Assembly: GCA_040389005.1 (NCBI GenBank)
Contig: JAZKAS010000013.1
Coordinates: 18,073-77,163 of the forward strand
Source of the DNA: Pseudomonadota bacterium
GTDB lineage: Bacteria; Pseudomonadota; Gammaproteobacteria; JAGOUN01
Direction: 5' to 3'
Length of the DNA stretch: 59,091 nt
Both the position numbers and the translations under genes were made by a program. Under the pieces are notes generated by a model. It searched no databases, was not told the DNA's origin, and was given only the letters and a program-made list of their open reading frames with translations. Below are positions 10,431-19,235 of the stretch, piece by piece. The first letter of the stretch is position 1. Each line of letters starts with the position of its first letter.

Positions 10431-11441
10431 ATGAAAATAGGAATAATTGGGTGCGGTGGTGTGGCATCAGCACATATACGTGCATTACAGTGCATTGACG
10501 CAGTATCTGGAATATATGGCTATGATATGGATGCCTCTCGCCCAGAAGCATTAGAAAAATTATTTCCTCGATTTCAGGCGATGGAATCATTCTCTGATAT
10601 GATTACATCAGTAGATGGAGTTATTATTTCTACTCCAAATAATACTCACCTTAAAGTCCTAAAAGATATAATATCCATTAAAAATATCCCTGTCTTATCT
10701 GAAAAACCGTTGGCTTCTTCCGTAGAAGACGCCAATGAATTTATGAAGTTAGCGCACTCAGATAGTGCGATAAATTTTAATTATAGATTTAATCCTGTTA
10801 TTTCACTTATTTTAAAAATAAAAAAAGATTATGAACTTGGTGAGCTTGTTTTTGTTGATGTGGCCTTTAATAAGAATAGTGCTTTAAGCAAGAAAACGTT
10901 AAGCTGGCGAGATCAAGAAAATCAAAATAATAGCAGCGGTGCGTTTGGAGATTTAGGTAGTCATTTATTTGATTTAATTCATTACCTTGCCGGGTCTACT
11001 ATTAATAAAAATTCATTGAAAATTTCTATTGGAAAAAGAGTGAAAACACGCGCTGGAGTTGATCTGACAGTAGATGATAATTGTATTGTTACTGGCATGA
11101 CAGTAGGTGAAACTTTATTTAAAATGCAGGCGAGCAAGAGTTCTCCAGAGGAAGAGCTAGGATTTCATGTATATTTAATTTGCCAGCATGGAGAAATAAA
11201 ATATTCATCTTCTAATTCAGGTAAAATAAAAGTCACTTATATAAACCAAGTACGACATGATTTTGTAGAGGTAGATTTGAGAAAGTTAATAGATGATCCT
11301 TCAGGGGAAATACCTTATTGGTCGGATTCTTTTTATTTTCAAAACTTAGCTTGGACCAATACACTTAGAGGACGACGCTCTCTGGAAGTTGCAACTATAC
11401 AAGACGGTTGTTACATTCAGGAGCTTCTTTCAGTTATATAG
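10431..11441 (+). CDS. Gfo/Idh/MocA family oxidoreductase (paralog)
   Basis: IGIIGCGGVA, SEKPL, GDLGSHLFD, and a shared C-terminal block (QASKS..EE.G.H......GEIKYSS) with 8534..9643. Confidence 0.85.
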   Translation: MKIGIIGCGGVASAHIRALQCIDAVSGIYGYDMDASRPEALEKLFPRFQAMESFSDMITSVDGVIISTPNNTHLKVLKDIISIKNIPVLSEKPLASSVEDANEFMKLAHSDSAINFNYRFNPVISLILKIKKDYELGELVFVDVAFNKNSALSKKTLSWRDQENQNNSSGAFGDLGSHLFDLIHYLAGSTINKNSLKISIGKRVKTRAGVDLTVDDNCIVTGMTVGETLFKMQASKSSPEEELGFHVYLICQHGEIKYSSSNSGKIKVTYINQVRHDFVEVDLRKLIDDPSGEIPYWSDSFYFQNLAWTNTLRGRRSLEVATIQDGCYIQELLSVI

Positions 11442-11463
11442 TTTTTTGAAAAAGGAGAAAATA

Positions 11464-11775
11464 ATGAAATCAGAGCAATATTCTGTTTTAGCAGTATTTA
11501 AAGCTAGACCAGGGAAGGAAGAAGAGCTAAAGCGTGCATTGCAAGAGATGGTTGAGCCAACCTTAGCAGAAGAAGGCTGCATTAATTATGACCTGCACCA
11601 GTCTGTCGATAACAAAGCACAGTTTATGTTCTACGAAAATTGGAGCAATCAAGCAGCGCATTCTCAGCATAATGTTGCCGCTCATATTGAGGCGTGGAGA
11701 AAAAAAAAAGACCAATTGCTTGAAGAAAATTGTGTTGTGACTGCTTGGAAAATGATTAACATTAATGATAAATAG
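11464..11775 (+). CDS. ABM (antibiotic-biosynthesis-monooxygenase-like) domain protein
   Basis: About 100 aa with a ferredoxin-like ABM pattern (VLAVFKARPGKEEEL...EEGCI.Y.LHQ....FMFYE.W....AH..H). Confidence 0.7.
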   Translation: MKSEQYSVLAVFKARPGKEEELKRALQEMVEPTLAEEGCINYDLHQSVDNKAQFMFYENWSNQAAHSQHNVAAHIEAWRKKKDQLLEENCVVTAWKMININDK

Positions 11776-11786
11776 AGGTTTTTTTT

Positions 11787-13184
11787 ATGAATTCATCTTC
11801 ACAAATATTGAAGCCTAGTGGATCAAAACATAAATTGTTTGTTTATATTGTTGGACTGACGGCAGCTTTGTCCGGTTTGTTATTTGGTATTGATGCAGGC
11901 GTTATTTCAGGCGCATTAAGTTTTATTAAAAATGATTTTAATTTAACGACCGGAAGTACTGAAATGGTTGTTACGGCAATTTTAATTGGTGCAATCATTG
12001 GAGCTCTTGCGAGCAGCTTTATTTCTAGAAAATATGGCCGTCATTTTTCTTTAGTAGTCAGTGCTGCAATTTTTAGTATTGGCGCATTATTGTCGGCTAC
12101 GGCAATCAATGTTAATATGCTAATTCTAGTACGTATATTTTTAGGAATTGGCTTAGGAATTGCGTCTTCTACAGCACCTGTCTATTTATCGGAAATGGCG
12201 CCAAAAAGTATCCGAGGTCGCTTAATTACTGTATATCAATTCATGATTACGCTTGGAATTTTAATTGCTTATCTTAGCGATGCATTTCTTATTTCATATT
12301 CATATAGCTGGCGATGGATGCTTGGGATTACTTTTTTCCCTGCTTTTTTAATGTTTTTATGTGTTTTAACGTTACCTAAGTCACCAAGATGGCTCGTACT
12401 TTTAGGCAAAGTTAGAGAGGCGCGTAGTGTTCTTTCTAGAATTAGAAATCATGACGAGATTGAAGATGAGCTAGCTGAAATTAGAAACACATTTAATCAG
12501 TCTGCGCCTATGGCGAGTCTTTTGAAAAGCCGGCAATTTATGAAAGTACTCTGTCTGGGAATGATATTGCAAATTATTCAACAGATGTCAGGAATCAATG
12601 CGGTTATATATTATGCGCCAAAAATATTTCAATATGCGGGATTTTCTACAGATACTCAACAAATGTGGGCAACCGTTTTGGTTGGATTAGTCAATATGCT
12701 AGTAACTATTGTTTCGATTGCATATATCGATAAGTTAGGAAGAAAGCCTATTTTATATTTTGGATTGTTACTTACCTCTACCAGTATGTTATGTCTTGGA
12801 TATTTGTTCCATATAGGATTGACGACAGTTTTCGCACAATATTTTGCGGTTGCATTGGTATTGATTTTTGTTTGTGGATTCGCAACAAGTCTGGGTCCAA
12901 TTATTTGGATACTCTGCGCAGAAATATATCCTTTGCGTGTTCGAGAAATTGGAATGACAGTCGCAACTGTAACTAATTGGGTATTTAATGCTATTGTTGG
13001 TGGATTCTTTTTGACTGTTGTTAACTCAATAGGAATAGCATCAACGTTTGTCGGGCTATCGATACTGAGTTATTTAAGTCTTATTTTTATCATTGGTTTC
13101 TGCCCAGAAACCAAGGGTGTTTCACTAGAAAAAATTGAAAGCAATTTAATGGCAGGAAATTCTTGCCGAAAATTGGGTGGTTAA
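11787..13184 (+). CDS. Sugar-porter family MFS transporter (inositol/hexose:H+ symporter-like)
   Basis: GRK/GRH loop, PKSPRWL, PETKGVSLEKIE, 12 hydrophobic segments; 465 aa. Confidence 0.9.
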   Translation: MNSSSQILKPSGSKHKLFVYIVGLTAALSGLLFGIDAGVISGALSFIKNDFNLTTGSTEMVVTAILIGAIIGALASSFISRKYGRHFSLVVSAAIFSIGALLSATAINVNMLILVRIFLGIGLGIASSTAPVYLSEMAPKSIRGRLITVYQFMITLGILIAYLSDAFLISYSYSWRWMLGITFFPAFLMFLCVLTLPKSPRWLVLLGKVREARSVLSRIRNHDEIEDELAEIRNTFNQSAPMASLLKSRQFMKVLCLGMILQIIQQMSGINAVIYYAPKIFQYAGFSTDTQQMWATVLVGLVNMLVTIVSIAYIDKLGRKPILYFGLLLTSTSMLCLGYLFHIGLTTVFAQYFAVALVLIFVCGFATSLGPIIWILCAEIYPLRVREIGMTVATVTNWVFNAIVGGFFLTVVNSIGIASTFVGLSILSYLSLIFIIGFCPETKGVSLEKIESNLMAGNSCRKLGG

Positions 13185-13852
13185 GCACTGAATTTAAATG
13201 GATTAAAACTGGTTTTCGCGTCGTTTATAGTAACATTTTCCGTATTTTTTAAGATGAAAACTATAAGCTGCGCTGGCCAGACGGATATGCTCAAATAAAT
13301 ATATTGGACTAAAAGTGTTGAGCCAAGAGCGTATAGGTAATCATGGGCGCTTATTATTCCTAGCCTTCCAACTCCCATTCCAATAGCCATAGTTATCGTC
13401 TCTCCGATTGCGGAAGAGCAAAAACTTCTAAGCCAAAAACAACGCCCTTTTAAAAAAATCTTCCACTTTGAAAGTATGTAGATATTTAAAAATTGACCAA
13501 CAAATATTCCTAAAACCCCACCCAAAACCAGCTGAATACTATGCCCCAAAATATAATTATAAGCCATTTGATACTGAAAAGACGGTGGCGATGGAAGATG
13601 TATGCCGAAGGTAAGAATACAAGAAAATAACGTATCGCAAAACAATGCGATCCAAATTAGTTGACGAGCAATTTTATAACCATAAATTTCAGTAGTAACA
13701 TCTCCAAAGATGTAAATAAGGGGAAAGACAATGATAGATCCAAAAAGTGTAAATGGACCAATGGAAACTATTTTATAGGCTAGCGGTACCGTGGCCAATA
13801 AAGCGGTGATATAGAGTGAGGTTATAAGCAGCAAGTATTTATTTTTTTGCAT
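13181..13852 (-). CDS. YhhQ/VUT family queuosine-precursor transporter
   Basis: Polytopic 223-aa protein with the family motif FP.IYIFGDV.TEIYGYK.AR. Confidence 0.75.
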   Translation of the reverse strand: MQKNKYLLLITSLYITALLATVPLAYKIVSIGPFTLFGSIIVFPLIYIFGDVTTEIYGYKIARQLIWIALFCDTLFSCILTFGIHLPSPPSFQYQMAYNYILGHSIQLVLGGVLGIFVGQFLNIYILSKWKIFLKGRCFWLRSFCSSAIGETITMAIGMGVGRLGIISAHDYLYALGSTLLVQYIYLSISVWPAQLIVFILKNTENVTINDAKTSFNPFKFSA

Positions 13853-13872
13853 TATATGATCCTTAGAATAAA

Positions 13873-14610
13873 TTAATTTTGAATCTTTTCATTTTTTATT
13901 TGTTCATTTGCTGTAGTATAACCAATAGCATAAGCATCTTCGCTATTTATTGATTTGATTAGTTCAGGGTTTTCAAACACTTCTTTTACACTTTTCTCTA
14001 TTTCTTGTCCGGTTTCGTTGTTTTTTAATTTTAAGTAAATTTTATTTGTTCCTGATTTTATCACTTGAGCAATAAGTTTTAGCGTTGAGGCTTTTTCTTC
14101 TGGTTTGTAATGAATTAAAATCGCCTCTTTTTTTATTTGTTCATTCGCTGTTACGTAGCCTATTGTATAAGCATCTTCTGAATCTAGCGTTTTAATTAAT
14201 TCTGGGCTTCTAAAGATCTCTGATGTGTCTTTTTCTATTTCTTCGCCAGTTTTATCATGCTTTAACTTAAATACTATTTTATTTGTACTTGATTTTAATG
14301 ATTGCCCAATCATTTGACGCTTTGGCTCTTTTTTATTTTCACAAGCGAGATAAGTAAGTAAGCGAATATCTTTTTTTGAAAATGATTCTGTTAGTGTATC
14401 ATCAGCTAAAATAATTTCAGGCAATTTTTTAAAAATTAGCCGTTTTCTTCTTAAATGAACTTCCGCTTCAAATTTACCTTGTTTATTTTTTTTATAATCA
14501 ACAACAGTGAAAGGAGCTTCAGTTTGATCGCGACAATCGCGTCTAAATTCAGCATACATATTAAGAATCCAACTGATATAAGCGGATAATTTATTATGTT
14601 CAGTATTCAC
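13873..14610 (-). CDS. Hypothetical protein with internal tandem repeats (about 79-aa period)
   Basis: Two clear copies of NKI.(F/L)KLK...TG(E/Q)EIEK...E(I/V)F..PELIK...SEDAY.IGY.TANEQIK, plus one degenerate N-terminal copy. Confidence 0.6.
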   Translation of the reverse strand: MNTEHNKLSAYISWILNMYAEFRRDCRDQTEAPFTVVDYKKNKQGKFEAEVHLRRKRLIFKKLPEIILADDTLTESFSKKDIRLLTYLACENKKEPKRQMIGQSLKSSTNKIVFKLKHDKTGEEIEKDTSEIFRSPELIKTLDSEDAYTIGYVTANEQIKKEAILIHYKPEEKASTLKLIAQVIKSGTNKIYLKLKNNETGQEIEKSVKEVFENPELIKSINSEDAYAIGYTTANEQIKNEKIQN

Positions 14611-14667
14611 TTTTTATTCCTGCCTATATTTGGTCTGAATAGTAACATAATGGTAATAAATAATGCA

Positions 14668-15309
14668 TTATTTTTTAATTCTTGCTTCTACAAAAATACC
14701 AACAATCACGTCTTCATTTGGATGGAGTTGTTCTATGCCAATTGGCAGCAAATCTTCATGAAGAGGTCTAATAAATTGATTGGCTCCGTTGAAAATAATC
14801 ATGCGAAAATAAGCTTTATCATGTTTTTTGATATATACAACAACCATGTCGCGATCGGATGGTTTTTTTATGGTATTTACGATAACTTCAGTTTTTTCTG
14901 GAAACTGAGGATACATGGATTGATCAGTTAATTGCACTACAAATGACTTATCATCAATATCTGCGGTAGTAAATGTTGTCCCCATTCCATTTTGAATAGT
15001 AAGCTTTCCTGATTTTGCAAAATTAATCACGTCATCCCAAGAATAAACAGGTATTTCTTTCCATCCTTTTAGTGTTTCACTCAAGGGTTTTTCTTCAGAA
15101 ATTTCTTGAATAGGCTTATGACCAAAAAGTTGAGCTTCAGAAATTTTAAAAAAGCCCAGGAGAGCGTTAATGGTATCTTGTCGTGGGTGTGAGCTTGTGC
15201 CTGATACCAAGTGGTGTAAGGTGGTTTGAGGTATTCCAGACAATCTCGCAACTTCAGCAGTTTTCAAGTTACGCTTAAACATTAAATTTTTTAGAACTTG
15301 ATCAATCAT
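14668..15309 (-). CDS. CI/LexA-like repressor (XRE HTH plus S24 peptidase domain)
   Basis: N-terminal HTH (LKTAEVARLSGIPQTTLHHLVSG). C-terminal S24 with a DQSMYPQF Ser motif and a downstream Lys. Confidence 0.85.
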   Translation of the reverse strand: MIDQVLKNLMFKRNLKTAEVARLSGIPQTTLHHLVSGTSSHPRQDTINALLGFFKISEAQLFGHKPIQEISEEKPLSETLKGWKEIPVYSWDDVINFAKSGKLTIQNGMGTTFTTADIDDKSFVVQLTDQSMYPQFPEKTEVIVNTIKKPSDRDMVVVYIKKHDKAYFRMIIFNGANQFIRPLHEDLLPIGIEQLHPNEDVIVGIFVEARIKK

Positions 15310-15555
15310 TAGTTATTTCTTGTTTTGAAGCCAGTGATTGTTTTTAAGCTGAATTTTAGCATAAAAAAAGCATACTACAAATTAAAAATTCATTTTAAGG
15401 ATAAAAATTTCAAATAGAGACTCTAGAATGTTCTCTATAGGTCAAACCAAGGGATATTTTTAAATTTTCGCTATCTATGTATAAGTTAAAAATCTACAAA
15501 AAATGTAACTAATTATTAGTTCAAAATTTTTTTATCGGAGATTTAAACAGAAAAA

Positions 15556-15744
15556 TTGGCCAGCAAAATAAAAACACTGGATTGGCCAATGGCACGACAA
15601 GATGTGATTCGCTTTATTCACCCCGAGCATCAAGCGACGTTGAAGCTGTGGGATGTGGATTTTTTTATGAGCGAGATTGAGAAAATGCAACGGTATTTGC
15701 CAGAAACGGGCGATTGCTGTTTATTTGCAAAAAATTGCATTTAA
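15556..15744 (+). CDS. Small ORF or possible gene remnant at the island edge
   Basis: 62 codons with a TTG start and no SD seen. Its composition is closer to the core genome. Function unknown. Confidence 0.2.
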   Translation: MASKIKTLDWPMARQDVIRFIHPEHQATLKLWDVDFFMSEIEKMQRYLPETGDCCLFAKNCI

Positions 15745-15750
15745 ACAGCA

Positions 15751-15848
15751 TCAACCCACTGCCGTATCCGGCGTTGCATCAACCACCGGCACGTCGCTTG
15801 GTGCGCTTGCTGCCGCCGCAACCGCTTCTGTTTCAGCTTGGTCAGGTG
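15751..15848. repeat. Direct repeat copy B (the 3' end of the SPOR gene in use)
   Basis: See copy A. It encodes the C-terminal tail ...TPDQAETEAVAAAASAPSDVPVVDATPDTAVG. Confidence 0.9.
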
Positions 15849-16455
15849 TGGCATTCGCAATCGGAGGATCAACATGGAAAATATAACTGCTGATATTCAT
15901 CTTCTTTAACTCTTGTTGACGCGCCACCGCATTTTCTTTAGTAGTGAAGGGCCCGAGCACAATCACAAACAAATCATGATCGGTTTTGGTTGATTTGCGC
16001 TGCGTGATAGCAACATCAAGCCCCATGAGTTGTAATTTATCCAAATAAGCACTCGCATCTCGCATATTGTAATAGAGCATGAGTTGCAACCAATAACCGG
16101 GTTGTTCGTCTGGCGGTGCAGTACTCGATGCTGGATCAGGCACGTTAATTTTCGGCAATAACGTATAAAATTCGTAATCAACTGGCTCTTCTTTGGCTTC
16201 AACGACAGGCGCTTTATTCACAGCTTTTTTAGGAGATGTGGCTTTTGCATCGACAACAGGTGGTAAAAGTGATGTCGGTATTTTAGGTTGATGATAATAA
16301 AAGTACCCAGCAACGCCGGAAGCGATTACTAATAAAATAACAATAATTACAAATATGCCGCGTATACTCGAGCCAGAAGCTCCTTTTTTACGCTTTTTTG
16401 AAGCACCTTTTTGACTATGGTTTTGGTTGTATCGTTTTGCGTAGTCTCTTGGCAT
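15751..16455 (-). CDS. SPOR domain-containing cell-division protein (DedD/FtsN-like)
   Basis: Basic N-terminus, one TM segment, a Pro-rich linker and a C-terminal SPOR fold (WLQL....A..Y...L...G.....Q.......F.V.LGPF....A). It lies downstream of argS, as in many gammaproteobacteria. Confidence 0.85.
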   Translation of the reverse strand: MPRDYAKRYNQNHSQKGASKKRKKGASGSSIRGIFVIIVILLVIASGVAGYFYYHQPKIPTSLLPPVVDAKATSPKKAVNKAPVVEAKEEPVDYEFYTLLPKINVPDPASSTAPPDEQPGYWLQLMLYYNMRDASAYLDKLQLMGLDVAITQRKSTKTDHDLFVIVLGPFTTKENAVARQQELKKMNISSYIFHVDPPIANATPDQAETEAVAAAASAPSDVPVVDATPDTAVG

Positions 16456-18188
16456 TACATTTTTTCCGGTGCTGAAACACCCAACAGGGCCAAACCGTTG
16501 CGTAAGGCATGTTGAGTGGCTAATACTAAATTTAATCTAGCATTACATAAGTTGAGGTTTTCTACAATAAAAGCGTGCGCATTGTAGTAGCTATGAAAGC
16601 TAGCCGCGAGCGCACGCAAATAAGCTGCGAGGCTATGAGGTTCATGTGACTGCGCTGCTGACACAATAATATCAGAATAACGATTAAGTTGATCAACCAA
16701 ATCTGTTTCATGTTGCGTCGTCAATAAAGCAAGATGCTTTTCACCTAGCGCAATATCGTGTTGCAATGCTTTTTCATCTAATTGACGAAACACGCTACAA
16801 ATACGCGCATGGGCATATTGAATATAATACACGGGATTTTCGTTTGACTGTGATTTTGCGAGTTCTAAATCAAAATCCATGTGTTGTTCATTTTTACGCA
16901 TGACATAAAAAAAGCGCGCCGCATCGTTGCCGACTTCTTCACGCAATTCACGCAAGGTGACAAACGAGCCACTACGCGTTGACATTTGTACACGTTCATC
17001 ACCGCGATACAAAATTGCGAATTGCACTAATAATGCTTTGAAATCTTTATCACCGTGACCCAGTGCTTTTAATACGCCTTGAATACGGGGTACGTAACCG
17101 TGGTGATCGGCACCTAATATGTCAATTACTCGATCGTAACCGCGACGATATTTATTGACGTGATAGGCAATATCATTAGCAAAATAGGTACGATCGCCAT
17201 TTTCTTTAATCAGTACGCGATCTTTTTCATCACCAAAATCGGTCGCGCGAAACCACGTTGCGCCATCAGCCTCATAAATGCTGGATGCTGATTTTAAAGC
17301 TTCGAGTGCAATTTCAAATGCACCGCCATCGACAAGACTTTGTTCAGAAAACCATTCTTCATAAACAACGCCGAATTCAGCTAAATCATCACGAATATCA
17401 GCAAGAATATCATCTTTGGCGACATTAAAAATTTGCTGATATTTTTCTTTGCCTAATAATTTTTTAGCGTTATTGATCAAACCGTCGATGTGCGCGTCTT
17501 TATCGCCGTTTTCTTGGCCTTCATCCGCAGGAACGTTTTCAAACACTTTTGTTGCAGAAATTAAAAGTGTTTTGCCATATTTTTCTAACGCTTGTTTGGC
17601 AAGATCAATCACATAGTCGCCTTTATAGGCATTAGAAGGAAATATAAATTTTTCACCACATAATTCCAAATAACGCAACCATGTGCTCGTGCCGAGAATA
17701 TGCATTTGTCGACCAGCGTCATTAACATAATATTCACGATGAACGTCATAACCCACTTCTTTTAAAAGCGAGGCAACCGCTGCACCAAAGGCAGCACCTC
17801 GACCATGTCCCACATGCAATGGGCCGGTAGGATTCGCCGAAACATATTCGATATGAACCCGTTTGCCCGCGCCGATATTACTTCGACCAAAGTTTTCCTT
17901 TTGCGTAATCGCTTGCATGATGACGGCGGTTTGTTGATTGGGATCAATATAAAAATTAATAAACCCTGGTCCCGCAATTTCCATCTTCAAAATGGATGAG
18001 TGCGTTATCTTGTTGACGATTTGTTGCGCCAATTCACGCGGCGGCATGTTCATGGATTTTGCCAACACCATCGCAATATTGCTTGAAAAATCACCAAACT
18101 TTTTGTCTTTGGTGTGATCGATTTGAATTTGTTCAAGCGAAGCCGATGGAACGGCTTGTTGAAGCAATGTTTGTAATAAAAATTTCAT
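16455..18188 (-). CDS. argS: Arginine--tRNA ligase
   Basis: Class I HIGH (SANPTGPLHVGHGR) and a KMSK-like MSTRSG motif; 577 aa. Confidence 0.97.
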   Translation of the reverse strand: MKFLLQTLLQQAVPSASLEQIQIDHTKDKKFGDFSSNIAMVLAKSMNMPPRELAQQIVNKITHSSILKMEIAGPGFINFYIDPNQQTAVIMQAITQKENFGRSNIGAGKRVHIEYVSANPTGPLHVGHGRGAAFGAAVASLLKEVGYDVHREYYVNDAGRQMHILGTSTWLRYLELCGEKFIFPSNAYKGDYVIDLAKQALEKYGKTLLISATKVFENVPADEGQENGDKDAHIDGLINNAKKLLGKEKYQQIFNVAKDDILADIRDDLAEFGVVYEEWFSEQSLVDGGAFEIALEALKSASSIYEADGATWFRATDFGDEKDRVLIKENGDRTYFANDIAYHVNKYRRGYDRVIDILGADHHGYVPRIQGVLKALGHGDKDFKALLVQFAILYRGDERVQMSTRSGSFVTLRELREEVGNDAARFFYVMRKNEQHMDFDLELAKSQSNENPVYYIQYAHARICSVFRQLDEKALQHDIALGEKHLALLTTQHETDLVDQLNRYSDIIVSAAQSHEPHSLAAYLRALAASFHSYYNAHAFIVENLNLCNARLNLVLATQHALRNGLALLGVSAPEKM

Positions 18189-18302
18189 GCGGATTCGTTA
18201 TTTTCTCGGATATTAAGTGCATTATCCTAGAACAAGTGCTTGAAAGCTACTATCTTGTAAGAAGCTGCGTAAAAATTACGGTAAAAACAATTTTAAGCTC
18301 TC

Positions 18303-18701
18303 TTAAATCAATAAGAAAAACCCTCCCGCAAGTGCGACATTCGTGACAAAAATAACTGTTTTTATATGCTTTTCTTCAGGAGTGGCACGCCAAAAATCTT
18401 GAAAAAGACAAGAGGCGCCGATAAAAAATAAACCGAGTAAAAAAGCAAAAAATGGTGTGTAAATGTGAAAAAGTATGCTAAGTGCGCCGCAAAGTTTTAA
18501 GGCAACCGCAGCGGTAAATGCCCAAGAAGGTTTGGGTATCTTTTTTTTCGCTAAGAGTGTAAGAAGGTAAGGGCGATCTCCAATATCCAATTTGACTAAC
18601 CACAACAGCATGATTCCAAGAAGTATTCGGCCAGCAATTTCCATGTTCTTTATCCAACGTTTAAAAATCATATTGTTCCATAATAATTTCGTATAATTCA
18701 A
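18303..18701 (-). CDS. DoxX family membrane protein
   Basis: Four hydrophobic segments with a DoxX-like pattern. The true start may be the internal Met (MEIAGRILLG). Confidence 0.7.
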   Translation of the reverse strand: MNYTKLLWNNMIFKRWIKNMEIAGRILLGIMLLWLVKLDIGDRPYLLTLLAKKKIPKPSWAFTAAVALKLCGALSILFHIYTPFFAFLLGLFFIGASCLFQDFWRATPEEKHIKTVIFVTNVALAGGFFLLI

Positions 18702-18717
18702 TTAATTTTTAGGATAC

Positions 18718-18746
18718 TTGCTTGCTATAAATATATAGCTTATACT
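18718..18746 (+). promoter_or_regulatory. sigma70-type promoter with a palindromic operator for the TA operon
   Basis: TTGCTT, then 17 nt, then TATACT. The spacer contains the palindrome GCTATA-AATA-TATAGC (18724..18739). Confidence 0.55.
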
Positions 18747-18770
18747 ATACCTATATATCAGGAGATGATT

Positions 18771-18983
18771 ATGTTAGCGATACGATTGCCCAACGAGATT
18801 GAAAAACGACTTGATGTCCTAGCACAAAAAACCGGGCGGACAAAAACCTACTATGTGCGTGAAGCAATTCTTGAGCAGCTGGATGATCTTGAAGATATAT
18901 ATCTTGCCTTAGACAGATTGGAAAAACCTGCAAAGCGTTGGTCTTTAGAAGAAATGGAGAAAGAACTTGATTTGGAAGGTTGA
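18771..18983 (+). CDS. Ribbon-helix-helix antitoxin (RelB/ParD-type)
   Basis: RHH N-terminus (LAIRLPNEIEKRLDVLAQKTGRTKTYYVREAI) that overlaps the toxin gene. Confidence 0.85.
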   Translation: MLAIRLPNEIEKRLDVLAQKTGRTKTYYVREAILEQLDDLEDIYLALDRLEKPAKRWSLEEMEKELDLEG

Positions 18984-19233
18984 TTTCGATGATCGAGCGA
19001 AAAAAGAGTTTAAAAAGCTAGATAAAAAACTTCAAAAAGATATTCTAAATTATTTGCGTGAACGCGTTGCGAGTAATACGGATCCGCGACGTTTTGGCAA
19101 ACCACTTTCTTATGACAAACATGGTTTGTGGCGTTATCGTGTGCAAGATATTCGCATCATCTGTCGTATTGAAGATGATGAGCTATTTATTTTAGTCGTG
19201 CGAGTTGGTCATCGAAAAGCGATTTATCATTAA
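18967..19233 (+). CDS. RelE/ParE family toxin
   Basis: 88 aa with the pattern W.V.F...A.KE.KKLD...Q..I...L......PR..GK.L......LWRYRV.D.RIIC.I.D..L.I.V..VGHR; TTG start. Confidence 0.85.
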   Translation: MIWKVDFDDRAKKEFKKLDKKLQKDILNYLRERVASNTDPRRFGKPLSYDKHGLWRYRVQDIRIICRIEDDELFILVVRVGHRKAIYH

Positions 19234-19235
19234 TC

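Larger units (their letters stand above)
8418..15848. mobile_element. Integrated element remnant bounded by 98-bp direct repeats (no integrase inside)
   Basis: Flanking direct repeats duplicate the 3' end of a host gene. A CI/LexA-like repressor sits at one edge, and the cargo genes look AT-richer by eye than the flanks. Confidence 0.65.
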
